Positions 20,609-31,665 are shown, numbered from the stretch's first letter. The stretch: 64,000 nt of DNA from Candidatus Micrarchaeota archaeon (GCA_964496415.1 CAZBZN010000001.1:1-64000); one strand, 5' to 3'. Translations and numbers: made by a program. Notes: generated by a model from the letters alone, not told the origin.

Positions 20609-21189
20609 TGCCTACCACTTATTAACTTGCATTTTCCAAATTCAATTCTTTTTATTGGGACTATTTTTTTAACTTCTTTGAAGAGTTCTCCAGCATAAGT
20701 TCCGAACACGCATTTTTGAATAAAAGCATCAAAGTTTTCTTCTTTTGCTTTATTTTCTACGAATTCTTCCATTATTTTTCTTATTGCTGACTTTTTGCTT
20801 GTTTCTATTCTTCTTGCAGTGAAAGTATAAACTGTTACTCTTATTTTTTTACCGTCCTTTGTTTCAGCATTTTTGACTAGCTTAACCATACTCCTTCTTC
20901 TTCTGACGTTTCTCCTAAGGTATTCTTCTGAAAGTTCAAATCCTTCAAGCTGAGTGTACGCGCTTTTTCCTTTCACTTCTTTTATTCTTAAAGTTAGTTT
21001 TACAAATTGATGACTCAGGTTGTTAGTAATTTCTTTTAATGGGCACCTGTAAATTCTTCCTATTAATTTCTTTTCATCATCAGCAACAGTGATCCCGACT
21101 GCTTTTTCTTCAAAAGATTTTGGAGAGTAAATAGTGTATTTTTCTTTCTTTTTCCAAGTGTCTGTCTTTTTTCTTTTTTTAACAGCCAT
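20605..21189 (-). CDS. rps3ae: 30S ribosomal protein eS1 (S3Ae)
   Basis: DTWKKKEKY, KKIVPIKRIE. Confidence 0.93.
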   Translation of the reverse strand: MAVKKRKKTDTWKKKEKYTIYSPKSFEEKAVGITVADDEKKLIGRIYRCPLKEITNNLSHQFVKLTLRIKEVKGKSAYTQLEGFELSEEYLRRNVRRRRSMVKLVKNAETKDGKKIRVTVYTFTARRIETSKKSAIRKIMEEFVENKAKEENFDAFIQKCVFGTYAGELFKEVKKIVPIKRIEFGKCKLISGRQ

Positions 21190-21195
21190 CTTTTA

Positions 21196-21651
21196 TCACT
21201 CTCTAATCAAAAGTTTGACTTTTTCAGGATCATAGTACCAGTCTTTAGCCACTACTCCTTTCCTCTTGTAGTATTTTACGAGTCTTCTTATTTTTGACTC
21301 TGTTAATTGTAGAGCGCGTCTGTTATGAATATCCTTCTTATGCTCTTCTAAGTGTTTTCTTAATCTAATTGCTTTTTTGAATAAGTTCATTAAATCTTCA
21401 GGCCATTCAGGCAATAGGTTTTCTTCTTTTAAGATTTGTGAAACTGATTTTCCAACTATTGCCTTTACACTTGGAATCCCATATTGGTCTCTTAAAACAA
21501 GACCTATCATTGAAAGACTTTTTCCTTCTTTAAAGAGTTTAATGACTAATTCTTTTACTTCTTCTTTTGAATAATTTACCCAGTCAGGGGCTACCTTTTT
21601 AGGTCTTTTTGACCCTGACTTCCCTCTTTTCCTAGCATGCATTCTTGCCAA
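21196..21651 (-). CDS. rps15: 30S ribosomal protein uS15 (S13e)
   Basis: [32 protein letters not shown] start. Confidence 0.97.
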   Translation of the reverse strand: MARMHARKRGKSGSKRPKKVAPDWVNYSKEEVKELVIKLFKEGKSLSMIGLVLRDQYGIPSVKAIVGKSVSQILKEENLLPEWPEDLMNLFKKAIRLRKHLEEHKKDIHNRRALQLTESKIRRLVKYYKRKGVVAKDWYYDPEKVKLLIRE

Positions 21652-21665
21652 TTTTATCCCTCTTT

Positions 21666-21711
21666 AACGCGTCAGGCACGGGCTTGTTTGGACCCGTCCT
21701 CTTCCCGCGTT
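21666..21711 (-). promoter_or_regulatory. Candidate ribosomal-protein leader upstream of rps15
   Basis: Nested stems AACGCG/CGCGTT, AGG/CCT and ACGGG/CCCGT in an otherwise AT-rich UTR. Confidence 0.55.
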
Positions 21712-21793
21712 TTGAACTTAATTAGAAACAACCCTATTTAAAGGGTAGAATTGTAGTGTTATTTTATTATTTGGGGTTTATAAAAGCTTCGTT

Positions 21794-22381
21794 TTAAGCA
21801 TACCTTGCTCTTTTTTCTATTTCTTCTAACTTTTTTTCAACTTCTTTGTTTTTATAAGCTTTTAAGATATTTTTCCAGATTTTTTCAAAGTTTTTCCAAT
21901 GAGTGCTTTTCAGCATTTTTTTTAAGACTAATAAGTCAACTGCTTTGTCTTCTATTCTTTTTGATTTTGAAGCAAGCCCGAAGTCAATTAAGTAGATTTC
22001 CCCATCTTTTTCAATCATGTTTGAAGTAGTAAGGTCATTATGGATTATGTTATTTTTATGAAGTTTTTTTACCATCAAACCTATTTTTTTACCGTATTCT
22101 TCAGGCGCTTTATCAATTATCTTTTTTAATTTTTTCCCATTTATGTATTGCATTGTTATTGTTTTTTCTTTTAAGTCAACGTCAAAAACATAGGGGGCTT
22201 TTATTATCTTTTTAACTTCGTTTAGCATTAATGCTTCTCTTTTTATCCTTTCGTTTCTTACTTTTTCATCTATTTCCTTTATTCTATAAGCTTTCCTTAT
22301 TCTTTTTTTTATTACTGATGGGTAAGACAAGTATTTTGATTTGTATAATACTGCTTCTGCTCCGCGGTAAATTAGTTCCAT
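21794..22381 (-). CDS. bud32: KEOPS kinase/ATPase Bud32
   Basis: GAEA, HNDLTTSN, IDFGLA, EDKAVDL, RARY C-terminus. Confidence 0.93.
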   Translation of the reverse strand: MELIYRGAEAVLYKSKYLSYPSVIKKRIRKAYRIKEIDEKVRNERIKREALMLNEVKKIIKAPYVFDVDLKEKTITMQYINGKKLKKIIDKAPEEYGKKIGLMVKKLHKNNIIHNDLTTSNMIEKDGEIYLIDFGLASKSKRIEDKAVDLLVLKKMLKSTHWKNFEKIWKNILKAYKNKEVEKKLEEIEKRARYA

Positions 22382-22426
22382 AGTTATGTTTTTAAGCTTC
22401 CTTTTTATTAAAAACTATGTGATAGA

Positions 22427-23251
22427 ATGCCTGTTATCTCGTTAGAAGAGTATGAGTTTTTGTTAAGCAGACTTAATGATTTGCATGATGTAGAGTTTGT
22501 TCATGAAAGAACAGGGTATCCTTTTGAAATGCTTTTGAATATTCTTGCTAAGAAGATAACTAGGAATACTTTAAGAAATTATTATGTAGTGAAAAAAAAG
22601 TCAAAGATTTTGAAACAAAGGTGGCTGCTTGGAGAGTCAATAACTTTTATTGCTAAGAAAGAAAATTTTCCTCCAGTGCTCATTGCTTCTTTTATCATGA
22701 GTGAGTTAGGATACTCAAAGAGAAAGATAAAAGAGTTCATTAGAAATCCTGAATTAGTTGAAGATAAAAGGTTAAGGTTGGAGCTTGAGAAAGCTGTTCA
22801 GGAGGATTTTGTTTATTCTCCTGCTTCTTCAGAAGCTCAAGCTAAAAATGGGAGAAGGGCTGAGGATTTTATCGCTGAATGGCTTGACAAAAATAAAGTG
22901 CCTTATCAGACAGAAGTTGAGAGCAGGGAAAAAGGGCTTTCTAAAACTCCTGACTTTCTTCTGAAGAAGAAGATTCTAATCAAAGGAAGAGAAGTTAATT
23001 GGATTGAAAGCAAGTCAAGCTTTGGTGACCCATACGAAGTTAGGAGGAACAGTAGGCTTCAGCTTTCTTATTATGTTAAAATGTTTGGTCCTGGAGCAGT
23101 GGTTTATTGGTATGGTTATGTTGAAGGCTTAAAACCAAGGGGATTCATCTTACTGACGAAAGAAGACCTTAAGCAGAAAGACCTGATTAAGAAAATTTCT
23201 TTAACTCGACGCCAAGCCCATAAACCTCGTCGCAGTAAAAAGGCACGGTGA
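22427..23251 (+). CDS. TPD-domain (C15orf41/CDIN1-like) PD-(D/E)xK protein
   Basis: KTPDFLL, WIESKSSFGD, YVKMFGPGAVVYWYG. Confidence 0.82.
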   Translation: MPVISLEEYEFLLSRLNDLHDVEFVHERTGYPFEMLLNILAKKITRNTLRNYYVVKKKSKILKQRWLLGESITFIAKKENFPPVLIASFIMSELGYSKRKIKEFIRNPELVEDKRLRLELEKAVQEDFVYSPASSEAQAKNGRRAEDFIAEWLDKNKVPYQTEVESREKGLSKTPDFLLKKKILIKGREVNWIESKSSFGDPYEVRRNSRLQLSYYVKMFGPGAVVYWYGYVEGLKPRGFILLTKEDLKQKDLIKKISLTRRQAHKPRRSKKAR

Positions 23252-23579
23252 AGTTTATTTCTTTTTTTACCAACAAGTTTTTCTCTAAGTCTTCAAGCTC
23301 AATTACTGTTAGCCCTAATTTTTCTCCTTTAGAATTTATTGCGCTTATTTCAACTTCAGCGTGTTTCGCATATTCTCCTTTGTTGACTAATTCTATTGTC
23401 CCATTTATGAAGCATTCTTTTACTTCTGGGTATTGTGTTTTAGTAATTGTTTGGTTTACTATTACTATTTTAGGCGGCTTTGTAAGATTAATTTGAAAGT
23501 TAAACAAGGTTACTAAGACAACTATTGCTGTGCTTACCACTAAGATTATGCTTACTTTTTCATAAGGAGTAAGTTTCAT
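23187..23579 (-). CDS. Hypothetical protein with N-terminal membrane anchor
   Basis: N-terminal TM helix, beta-rich (Ig-like) remainder. Confidence 0.55.
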   Translation of the reverse strand: MKLTPYEKVSIILVVSTAIVVLVTLFNFQINLTKPPKIVIVNQTITKTQYPEVKECFINGTIELVNKGEYAKHAEVEISAINSKGEKLGLTVIELEDLEKNLLVKKEINFTVPFYCDEVYGLGVELKKFS

Positions 23580-23611
23580 GCTTCTAAATAATGCTTTTCC
23601 TTTTTAAAAAC

Positions 23612-24571
23612 TTACCACTCAACTTCATCAGTACGCCATCTTGGTTTTATGTCTATTTCAGGAAGTTTCTTTTTTTCAGTTAAGGCAATGACTCCGGCCC
23701 AAGCTATCATTAACCCGTTATCTCCACAGACTTCTTTTTTTGGAACTAAGAATTTTGCGTTGTGTTCTTCGCTCATCTTTTTAAGCATTTCCTGAAGTCT
23801 TTTGTTTTGAGCAACTCCACCTGTTAGTATTACTTCTTTTTTTTCAGAATGCGCTAAAGCCCTCTCAGTAACTTCAACTAACATTGAAAAAATAGTTTCT
23901 TGGAAAGAATAGCATAAGTCTTCTATTTTTGCTTTTTTCTTTAAAGCAGCAGTTACTACTCCTGAAAATACGAGGTCCATTCCTTTCACGGTGTAAGGAA
24001 GAGGAATATATTCTTTTCCTTTTTTAGCAAGTTTTTCTATTTTAGGCCCTCCAGGAAAACCAATTCCTTTTTCTCTTGCAAATTTGTCAATAGCATTTCC
24101 TATGCCTATGTCAAGAGTTTCTCCAAATACCCTGTATCTTCCAGCTTCATACCCTATTATTTGCGTGTTTCCTCCTGAAACATAAACTGTTAGTGGGTCT
24201 TTCATTTTTCCATAGAGTTTTGCTATTTCAATATGAGCTATGCAGTGGTTTATCCCTATTAATGGTTTTTTGCTTTCTTCTGCTAGTTTTTTTGCTATTT
24301 TTATTCCTTCAAGCAAGCACGGAGGAAGCCCTGGACCTATTGATATTGCAATACCATCTACTTCTTTGAGGGTTATTCCTGCTTTTTCCAGAGCAGAAGA
24401 AATCACTTCTTCACTTACTTTTTTATGATGTCTTGCGGCGTCAGATGGGATTATACCCCATCCTTCTTTTGGCTTATAAATGTCTCTTTCGTTTGCTAGT
24501 TCTTTTCCTTTTTCAGTGATTATTCCAACACCAAAAGTATGGGCAGTGCCTTCTATCCCAAGCACGATCAT
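23612..24571 (-). CDS. kae1: tRNA N6-adenosine threonylcarbamoyltransferase Kae1
   Basis: [36 protein letters not shown]. Confidence 0.96.
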   Translation of the reverse strand: MIVLGIEGTAHTFGVGIITEKGKELANERDIYKPKEGWGIIPSDAARHHKKVSEEVISSALEKAGITLKEVDGIAISIGPGLPPCLLEGIKIAKKLAEESKKPLIGINHCIAHIEIAKLYGKMKDPLTVYVSGGNTQIIGYEAGRYRVFGETLDIGIGNAIDKFAREKGIGFPGGPKIEKLAKKGKEYIPLPYTVKGMDLVFSGVVTAALKKKAKIEDLCYSFQETIFSMLVEVTERALAHSEKKEVILTGGVAQNKRLQEMLKKMSEEHNAKFLVPKKEVCGDNGLMIAWAGVIALTEKKKLPEIDIKPRWRTDEVEW

Positions 24572-25077
24572 ACCGAATACACCAAAAGTATCATTATTAA
24601 ATTGTATAATACGTGGGTGAGGGCTGGAGTGAACAAATTTTTTCTTTTCATGAACTCTATCCCTAAGATTAATCCTAAAAAGAAAGCGCCTATTACCTCT
24701 GAAAGTGAGCCATAAATTATGTGAAAATAACTAAAGATGAAAGAGGACATTAGAAGGTTTGTTTTCTTTAATAAGTATCCTCTGAAAAAAGCTTCTTCTA
24801 CAATTGACCCAACTACTATTATTGAAAGGACTTCTTCCAAGCTTATTGATTTTATTATTTCAGGTACTTTTGCAGTATCTGATGCCATTCCAAAAGAATA
24901 AAAGATTACTCCAATTAAGATTGTCACTGCAAGCATTAAAAATAAATAAAATACTGCGTGGATGGTTTCTTCTAGTAAGTCTGTTTTTTTGAAGCCTAAT
25001 TTTTTCAGTTTGTTTTTCCCAAGGCTAATGTATAGAAAAAAAAGCATTAATCCGTATAAGAGAAAAGAAGCGTTCAT
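24568..25077 (-). CDS. CPBP (CAAX/Abi) intramembrane metalloprotease
   Basis: EEAFFRG, FSYFH, HVLYN motifs. Confidence 0.88.
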   Translation of the reverse strand: MNASFLLYGLMLFFLYISLGKNKLKKLGFKKTDLLEETIHAVFYLFLMLAVTILIGVIFYSFGMASDTAKVPEIIKSISLEEVLSIIVVGSIVEEAFFRGYLLKKTNLLMSSFIFSYFHIIYGSLSEVIGAFFLGLILGIEFMKRKNLFTPALTHVLYNLIMILLVYSV

Positions 25078-25224
25078 TTACTTCTTCCACCTGGTGTAAC
25101 CGCATTTCCCGCATTGGAACCTGTCTGCATGTTCAGCCATGAAGACTCCTGCCCCGCACTTTGGACAGGTTTGTTTTTTTCTAATTAGTTTTCCATCCTT
25201 TATTTCATAAGCGTCACTTTTCAT
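25078..25224 (-). CDS. rps27ae: 30S ribosomal protein eS31 (S27ae)
   Basis: Manual translation [48 protein letters not shown]. Confidence 0.93.
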   Translation of the reverse strand: MKSDAYEIKDGKLIRKKQTCPKCGAGVFMAEHADRFQCGKCGYTRWKK

Positions 25225-25568
25225 TTTTCATCACCTGCTTTTTCTTCCGTTTGTTGTTCTGGTTGCTGTGTTTGTGATTCTTTTTCTTCAGTTTCTTCTC
25301 CTTTTGTTCTTTTTATTTTATGTTCATTTTCTATTTTTAAGCTTTCTTCTGTTTCATATACTTTAATGTAAGCATAGCATTCAGGTTTTCCAAAGCACTG
25401 GTCAATCCTGTCAATTACTGTCTTGTTTAAGTCAGCACCTGCTTTTGCAGTAAATGCTGAGAGCACTTGTTGTCTTGAAGGGGTTTCGTTGAATTCGCTT
25501 ATCTTAACTTTGTATTCTTTCCTGTTTAGTAGTTTGTTTTCTTTTTCTTCGATTATTTCTATTTTCAT
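25221..25568 (-). CDS. rps24e: 30S ribosomal protein eS24
   Basis: [16 protein letters not shown]; gene context. Confidence 0.9.
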   Translation of the reverse strand: MKIEIIEEKENKLLNRKEYKVKISEFNETPSRQQVLSAFTAKAGADLNKTVIDRIDQCFGKPECYAYIKVYETEESLKIENEHKIKRTKGEETEEKESQTQQPEQQTEEKAGDEK

Positions 25569-25578
25569 TTTCTCACCT

Positions 25579-25770
25579 TTATTTGCTTACTCTTAATGCG
25601 TATTTTCCAGGTACTTTTATTCCAAATTTTTCAGCTATTTTTGATTTTTCAGGATTTAAAATTAAAGTGAATCCTTTCCAGTTTGCAGTTAATTCTGAAG
25701 TCTTACAGATTGGGCAGATATCTCCTGTTACTATTAAGTGACAGTTTTTGCAAGCTTTTTCAGTTGTCAT
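25579..25770 (-). CDS. spt4: Transcription elongation factor Spt4 (RpoE'')
   Basis: ACKNCH...CPIC, PGKYALRV. Confidence 0.93.
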   Translation of the reverse strand: MTTEKACKNCHLIVTGDICPICKTSELTANWKGFTLILNPEKSKIAEKFGIKVPGKYALRVSK

Positions 25771-26342
25771 TTCTTCCCACCTTTTTTCTTATTTTTTTCA
25801 GTTGTTTTTTTCTTTTTCAACCATTCTTTTTTACCAAGACCTTCTTGTCTCATGGTTAAATTTATCTTACTATCAGTGATTTTGTCTTTTAATGAAATTG
25901 CAGTTATTCTTGCAAGAACAATATCATCCTTTTTCAAACTCTTCTTTGACTGTTTTCCTGATAATGCTCCTGTTTTTGGATTGTAACTCATAAAGTCATC
26001 TGTTACTTGTGATACGTGAACTAATCCATCTATTGGCCCAAACCTTATGAATGCCCCAAATTCTGTTATGTCATTTACTTTTCCACGGACTATTTCATGG
26101 AGTTCTGGTTTAAAGACAAGTGCTTCAAACTTTACTTTGTGATATGTTGCTCCATCTCCTAAGATTATTTTTCCAGGAGCTATTTCATCTGCTTTAGTTA
26201 CAGCGACTATTACTCCTGTTTTCTTGCTTATGAAACCTTCGTATTGCTGCCTTAGTGCCTCTATTACTGATTTTTCTAAGTTTTCTGAAAAAAGCTTTGG
26301 AGGAATTCTAACAGTATCTTCTATCTTCATTAACTTATACAT
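25767..26342 (-). CDS. rpoE: RNA polymerase subunit Rpo7 (E')
   Basis: VRIPP, GDGATYH, FGPIDGLVHVSQ, TMRQEGLG. Confidence 0.95.
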   Translation of the reverse strand: MYKLMKIEDTVRIPPKLFSENLEKSVIEALRQQYEGFISKKTGVIVAVTKADEIAPGKIILGDGATYHKVKFEALVFKPELHEIVRGKVNDITEFGAFIRFGPIDGLVHVSQVTDDFMSYNPKTGALSGKQSKKSLKKDDIVLARITAISLKDKITDSKINLTMRQEGLGKKEWLKKKKTTEKNKKKGGKK

Positions 26343-26869
26343 TATTTCATCTCCTTATATCTTTTTAGACATTCTCTTATTATTTCTTTAGCATGTTCTA
26401 CGTCTAAGAACCCATGGACTTTAGCCCATTTTCCAGGCTCGAGTTTTTTATAGTTAAGCATGAAATCTTGGATTTCTTTCTTTACATGATTTGGAAGGTC
26501 TTTTATTGATTTTATTTCAGATTTTCTTGGTTCAATACTGCTTATTGGAACTGTTATTATTTTGATGTCATTTCCTGCTTGGTCCTCCATTTTTAAAGCG
26601 CCTATTATTCTTGTTTTTATAACGCATCCTGGGAAGGTTGGTTGTTCTGTTAGTACAATAGCATCTAATGGGTCCATGTCTTCTGCTCTTGTTTGAGGGA
26701 TAAAACCATAATCAAATGGGAAGAACATTGCTGAGTGAAGAGCTCTATCAAGTCTGAAAACTTCTAGTTTTTCATCATACTCATACTTGTTGCTGCTTCC
26801 TTTTGGTATTTCTATTATTACATTTAAACCTTCAAGGCTTCCGTGACTGATGTCAACAAGGTTTTTCAT
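26342..26869 (-). CDS. ppa: Inorganic pyrophosphatase (family I)
   Basis: IEIPKGS, KYEYD, YGFIPQT, DMDPLD; start at MKNLV coupled to the upstream stop. Confidence 0.93.
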   Translation of the reverse strand: MKNLVDISHGSLEGLNVIIEIPKGSSNKYEYDEKLEVFRLDRALHSAMFFPFDYGFIPQTRAEDMDPLDAIVLTEQPTFPGCVIKTRIIGALKMEDQAGNDIKIITVPISSIEPRKSEIKSIKDLPNHVKKEIQDFMLNYKKLEPGKWAKVHGFLDVEHAKEIIRECLKRYKEMK

Positions 26870-27231
26870 TCCAACCCCCTTATTTTTATTATTCTCTTTT
26901 TTCTTACAAACATTACAGGTATTCCTTGTTTGATGCATTTGTTTTTAAGTTCTTTGTCATTTGTGAATACTACTGCCTTTAGTTTTTTAGCAGTTTCTAT
27001 TATTTTTTCATCAACATTTCCTTCTGTTGGGATTATTCTCACATTATGGATTTTTAATAGTTCAAGCCCAACTTTTGCAGCTTTTTTGTCTTTTATTTTT
27101 TTAAGTTCATCTATTACTGTTGAAAGGGTAAGTATTTCTGGGTTTGGTATGAGTTTTTTGATTTCTTCAAATATGTCTATTTTTAGTTGTTCTGGCACTG
27201 CAAGTGCGTTAGTATCTAAGAGGACTTTCAT
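26866..27231 (-). CDS. PIN-domain ribonuclease (Fcf1/Utp24-like)
   Basis: VLLDTN, VIDEL, VDE, TNDKEL; conserved position after aIF2-gamma. Confidence 0.88.
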   Translation of the reverse strand: MKVLLDTNALAVPEQLKIDIFEEIKKLIPNPEILTLSTVIDELKKIKDKKAAKVGLELLKIHNVRIIPTEGNVDEKIIETAKKLKAVVFTNDKELKNKCIKQGIPVMFVRKKRIIKIRGLE

Positions 27232-28430
27232 TCAACCACTCCGTACCCTATAAGGCACCATCTTGTCGGAGATTTTCTGGAAATAGCTATTTTTGCTTTT
27301 TCTTCAACGCAAATTGGTTTTTTTAAGCTTATTTTTGCTTTTCCTTTTTTGGTTTCCTTTACGACTCCAAGAGTGGTTGCTGTTCCTGCGTTTATTACTA
27401 ATAATTCCCCTTGTTTTAAGTCTTCAACTTTGTCAAGTCCTATTACTTTATCAAACAAATGAACAGTGATTGTTATTTCATTTCTTACTGGTGGAAGAGT
27501 TCCTGGCTTTCCAACAACACTTCCTATTAGATTATCTCCTTTAGTAAAAGAGGGGTCTAACCCTGTGCCTATTCCAACTAATCCTCCTGGCCTGGCTTCT
27601 TTGATTAAGCCTTCTTTTATTGAAAGACTTTTTACTTTTGTTTTTATAGGCTGGGTTTCTCCGTTTTCTTTTATTAGTCCTGGCAGGATTTCTATTTCAT
27701 CCCCTACTTTTACTACTCCTTGAATTATTGACCCTCCAACTACTCCTCCTTTTAGTTTTTCTATTGGAGTGTTTGGTTTGTTAATATCAAAGGATCTTGC
27801 TACAAGCATTCTAAAAGGCTTTTTTTCATCTCTTTTAGGAGTTTTTATAGTGTTTTGAATTGCTTCTACTAAATCACTAATGTTTATAGGGTAATGAGCA
27901 GCAAAAGGAATTATCGGCGCGTTTTCGGCTATCGTGCCCTTTACAAACTCTTTTATTTGTTTGTAGTGTTCTATTGCTTTTTCTTTTGAGACAAGGTCTA
28001 TTTTGTTTTGAACTATCACTATGTTTTTTATTCCTGCTATTTGAAGGGCTCTAAGGTGCTCTGCGGTTTGTGGTTGTGGGCAAGGCTCATTGGCGGCTAT
28101 TACAAGCATGGCGCCGTCCATTATTGATGCTCCTGCGAGCATTACTGCCATCAGGCTTTCATGTCCTGGACAGTCAACAAAAGATACTTTTCTTAAGAAT
28201 TTTGTTTCATGTCCTTTGTCACAAGTAGGTGTTGTGTAGTACTTCTTACATTTTTCACAATAATAAAAGCTTGCATCCGCGTATCCTAATTTTATTGTTA
28301 TTCCTCTTTTAAGTTCTTCAGAGTGTTTGTCTGCCCACTCATTAGTAAGTGCTTTCACTATTGTTGTCTTGCCATGATCTACGTGTCCTACTACTCCGAT
28401 GTTTACTTCAGGCTGCTTTGGTATTTTCAT
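27228..28430 (-). CDS. eif2g: Translation initiation factor 2 gamma subunit
   Basis: [35 protein letters not shown]. Confidence 0.96.
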   Translation of the reverse strand: MKIPKQPEVNIGVVGHVDHGKTTIVKALTNEWADKHSEELKRGITIKLGYADASFYYCEKCKKYYTTPTCDKGHETKFLRKVSFVDCPGHESLMAVMLAGASIMDGAMLVIAANEPCPQPQTAEHLRALQIAGIKNIVIVQNKIDLVSKEKAIEHYKQIKEFVKGTIAENAPIIPFAAHYPINISDLVEAIQNTIKTPKRDEKKPFRMLVARSFDINKPNTPIEKLKGGVVGGSIIQGVVKVGDEIEILPGLIKENGETQPIKTKVKSLSIKEGLIKEARPGGLVGIGTGLDPSFTKGDNLIGSVVGKPGTLPPVRNEITITVHLFDKVIGLDKVEDLKQGELLVINAGTATTLGVVKETKKGKAKISLKKPICVEEKAKIAISRKSPTRWCLIGYGVVE

Positions 28431-28818
28431 CACCCTCTTTTGTTTCTTCTTTTCCAAAGATTTCAGCTAATTTTTTACTGCCTTCTTTTGTTACCACTGT
28501 ATTTACTTGTGCGATGTGCTCTGAGATAGTATTTCCTCTTACTGTTTTTTTCCTTCTTTCTCCTTTTCTTTTTTTCCTTATTCCTGGCCCGCTTCCTATC
28601 AGGATGCTTTTTCTTTCAGGTCCATGCACGTCTGGCCTCATTGGAAAACCGTCTTTGTCTGTGCCTCCTGTTATTTTTAGTTTGTAGCCATTAAGTCCGA
28701 AGAGTGCTCCGTCAATTTCTTCTCCAATTTTCATGCCAATCAGTGGCTTGCTTTTGTTTTCATCAATTTCTGTTTGATAGCTTCTGCCTGTTTTTGGGTC
28801 AGATATCACTATCTTCAT
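28408..28818 (-). CDS. rps6e: 30S ribosomal protein eS6
   Basis: [26 protein letters not shown]. Confidence 0.95.
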   Translation of the reverse strand: MKIVISDPKTGRSYQTEIDENKSKPLIGMKIGEEIDGALFGLNGYKLKITGGTDKDGFPMRPDVHGPERKSILIGSGPGIRKKRKGERRKKTVRGNTISEHIAQVNTVVTKEGSKKLAEIFGKEETKEGDENTKAA

Positions 28819-30569
28819 TTTTTGCACCTCTCTTTTATTTTTCTTATTTCTTTTATTAATTCTTGATCTTCAAAAAATTCAATCAGCTCATATAATTGCT
28901 CGTAAGGGACATTAGTATATAGAAAGCCGCCTTCTTTGATGTTTCTTCCAACAACACCGTTGTCTATTGATATTGCTACTTTTTCTCCTTTTTCAGCTTT
29001 TCCCACTGCTTGGTTTTTACTTTGGATTCCAAGGATTTTCCCAACAGGACTCCCTTTTTCATTCATTAGAGGGTACTTTGGTTTTATCACGCCGCTTATT
29101 ACTTCAACTCCTATTATTGCTGGCTTGCTTGCTCTGAAAACAAACCCTGGGAGGACTTTAAGTTTTGCAGGAAACACGTATTTTTCGAGTTTTTTCTCTT
29201 TTTCCTCTTCTTCTTTTTTCTTTTTCCATTCTAAATAATCTTCTTCAAGTTTGTAGATTACTTTTGATTCAAAGATTGGTATTTCTTCTTTTTCAGCTTC
29301 TTCTTTTGCGTCATCATTAATTTGGGTGTTGAAGGCAATTATTACGCCAAGAAGGGGGTTTTCTTTTTTTACTGAAGCTGCTTCAAGCACGTCTTTTTTG
29401 GTAACTACTCCCACATCTGCTTTTTTTACAGGAACTTTTAATTGTTCAAATAGTTTAACTAATGCTTCTAAAGAACCTAACGCATCTGCTTTTATTATTA
29501 TCCCCAAGCTTTCTTTTTCTATTATTACGTCTTCTACTTCTGCTTTTATTTCTTTTATTACTTCTTGTTCGTTTCCTCTTATTACTCTTAAAGGAGATCC
29601 TGCTAAAGCATTTTCAAGTCCAGGAGCTGCAATTTTTAACCCAGCAGCAGCGTATACTTTTTCAACTGTTTTAAATTTTTTCTTTGTTTCTCTAATTTCT
29701 TCTAAAGGTTGTGGAAGAAGAAGGGCTCTTATTTTTGTTTTTATTATTCCATTTTTTCCAATTAGTGCTATCTCGTCTCCTTTTTTTATACAACCCTCAT
29801 AAATTATTGCGTCTATAGTCATCCCAAGCCCTTGTACTTCTTTTACTTCTAACACGTTTCCTTTTGCTGGTTTTTCCAAATCAATTTCAAGTTTTTTCTT
29901 CATAAATTTTTGAGCTAATCCAGAAACAAAGAGAAGGAGTTCTTGTATTCCTTCACCTGTTTTTGCAGAGACTGGGATGATTATTACTTCTTTAGTGAAG
30001 TCTTTTACTCTGTCAAATCTTTCAGCATTAAACCCCTCTTCTGATAATTGAGCTATTAATTCATAGATTTTTTGTTCCAGTAAGTCAATTACATGCTGTC
30101 TTTGTTCTTGTGATGTATCTAAAAAGCATTTGTTTTCTTTAGGAAGCCATCCGTTGATTAGGTCTATTTTGTTAGCAGCTACAATAAAAGGAACTTTGTT
30201 GATCTTTAGAATTTCTATTGCTTCTTTAGTTTGTGGTTGGATTCCTTGAGTTATGTCTATTACTAAGATTGCAATGTCTGCTATTGACCCTCCTCTTTTT
30301 CTTAGGTTAGTAAAAGCTTCATGTCCAGGGGTGTCGATGAAAAGTAATCCTGGAATAGTGAGTTCAAACTTGTATTTTTTTATTAAGTCAGCGCATTTCT
30401 TTTTTATCACTTCTATTGGAATAAAGCTTGCACCAACATGCTGGGTTATTGCTCCTGCTTCTCTTTCTGCTACACTTGTTCCTCTTATTCTATCAAGTAG
30501 TAAAGTCTTTCCATGATCCACGTGACCTAATACAGCTACTATTGGAGATCTTAAGGTTATTTTTATCAC
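28815..30569 (-). CDS. infB: Translation initiation factor aIF5B (IF-2)
   Basis: [33 protein letters not shown]; start uncertain (GTG 30569 or ATA 30560). Confidence 0.96.
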   Translation of the reverse strand: MIKITLRSPIVAVLGHVDHGKTLLLDRIRGTSVAEREAGAITQHVGASFIPIEVIKKKCADLIKKYKFELTIPGLLFIDTPGHEAFTNLRKRGGSIADIAILVIDITQGIQPQTKEAIEILKINKVPFIVAANKIDLINGWLPKENKCFLDTSQEQRQHVIDLLEQKIYELIAQLSEEGFNAERFDRVKDFTKEVIIIPVSAKTGEGIQELLLFVSGLAQKFMKKKLEIDLEKPAKGNVLEVKEVQGLGMTIDAIIYEGCIKKGDEIALIGKNGIIKTKIRALLLPQPLEEIRETKKKFKTVEKVYAAAGLKIAAPGLENALAGSPLRVIRGNEQEVIKEIKAEVEDVIIEKESLGIIIKADALGSLEALVKLFEQLKVPVKKADVGVVTKKDVLEAASVKKENPLLGVIIAFNTQINDDAKEEAEKEEIPIFESKVIYKLEEDYLEWKKKKEEEEKEKKLEKYVFPAKLKVLPGFVFRASKPAIIGVEVISGVIKPKYPLMNEKGSPVGKILGIQSKNQAVGKAEKGEKVAISIDNGVVGRNIKEGGFLYTNVPYEQLYELIEFFEDQELIKEIRKIKERCKK

Positions 30570-30615
30570 CTTTTTGAAAGAGTCTTCTCAGCTTTTGCCG
30601 AGAAGCATTTCTATA

Positions 30616-31275
30616 TCATTCTTTTATTATTCTGATTATTTTTTCAAGCATTACTTCTATTGGAATGTCTATTTCACCTTCAGGGACTAGTTCTTTTTTC
30701 CATTCAACTGTATACAACCTGCCGTCTTTTTTATAGTAATCTAAGACTTCCTGTGCTGTTTCCCTGTATTTTTCAAGCCTTTTTCTTATAGCTTCTTCTT
30801 TGTCATCTTCTCTTTGAATTAGCTTAGCCCCGCACTTGTCGCAGATGCCTTCTACTTTAGGCTTTAATGTTAAGATATTGTATACTGCTCCGCAGTTTGG
30901 GCAGATTCTTCTTGAAGAAAGTCTTCTTATTATCACTTCTTCAGGTACTTCAATATTTAGTGCTTTGTCTATTTTTGCAAACTCATCTAATGCTTTTGCT
31001 TGGTTTAATGTTCTTGGCATTCCGTCAAGGATAAATCCATTTTTGCAGTCTTCTTGAGAAAGTCTTTGTTTTGTTATTTCAATTACTATTTCATCAGGAA
31101 CGAGCTCTCCTTTTTCAAGGATTGGCTTTATCTTTTTGCCAAGTTCTGTTTCTTTCGCTACGTGTTCTCTAAAAATGTCTCCTGTAGAGATATGTGGGAT
31201 TCCTAAGATTTTTGAAGCTCTTGAAGCGTAAGTTCCTTTTCCTGACCCTGGTGCTCCGAAGAATGTTATTTTCAT
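30616..31275 (-). CDS. adk: Adenylate kinase, bacterial-type with Zn-binding LID
   Basis: [31 protein letters not shown]...CDKC, QREDD. Confidence 0.93.
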   Translation of the reverse strand: MKITFFGAPGSGKGTYASRASKILGIPHISTGDIFREHVAKETELGKKIKPILEKGELVPDEIVIEITKQRLSQEDCKNGFILDGMPRTLNQAKALDEFAKIDKALNIEVPEEVIIRRLSSRRICPNCGAVYNILTLKPKVEGICDKCGAKLIQREDDKEEAIRKRLEKYRETAQEVLDYYKKDGRLYTVEWKKELVPEGEIDIPIEVMLEKIIRIIKE

Positions 31276-31451
31276 TTTTTCTCCTTCTTTTTTTGTTTTT
31301 TAACCCATTTTACTTTTGCTGGCTTTCTTTTGAGTTTTAGAAGGTTTTTTTCACATTTTGATGAGCAAAAATAGTACCTTGTGCCATCTTTTAAAGCATA
31401 AATTTTTCCAGTTCCAGGGATTATTTCTTTTCCACAGAAAGAACACTTCAT
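31272..31451 (-). CDS. rpl24e: 50S ribosomal protein eL24
   Basis: Manual translation [36 protein letters not shown]...KVKW. Confidence 0.94.
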   Translation of the reverse strand: MKCSFCGKEIIPGTGKIYALKDGTRYYFCSSKCEKNLLKLKRKPAKVKWVKKQKKKEKK

Positions 31452-31455
31452 TAGC

Positions 31456-31665
31456 TCACCTTACTTTTATTGGCTTTGCTTCTGTTTCAGTATCTAATAA
31501 CATTAAAATGTCCCCGATTCTTACAGGTCCTTTTACATTTCTTCTCATTATTCTACCTTTGTCTCTTCCTTCAAGGATTTTTACCATCACTTGCCAGATT
31601 TCTCCATGTACTCCTGTTTTTCCAATGATTTCAACTATTTCTGCTGGAGTTGCTTCTTCACTCAT
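31456..31665 (-). CDS. rps28e: 30S ribosomal protein eS28
   Basis: [19 protein letters not shown]. Confidence 0.95.
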   Translation of the reverse strand: MSEEATPAEIVEIIGKTGVHGEIWQVMVKILEGRDKGRIMRRNVKGPVRIGDILMLLDTETEAKPIKVR

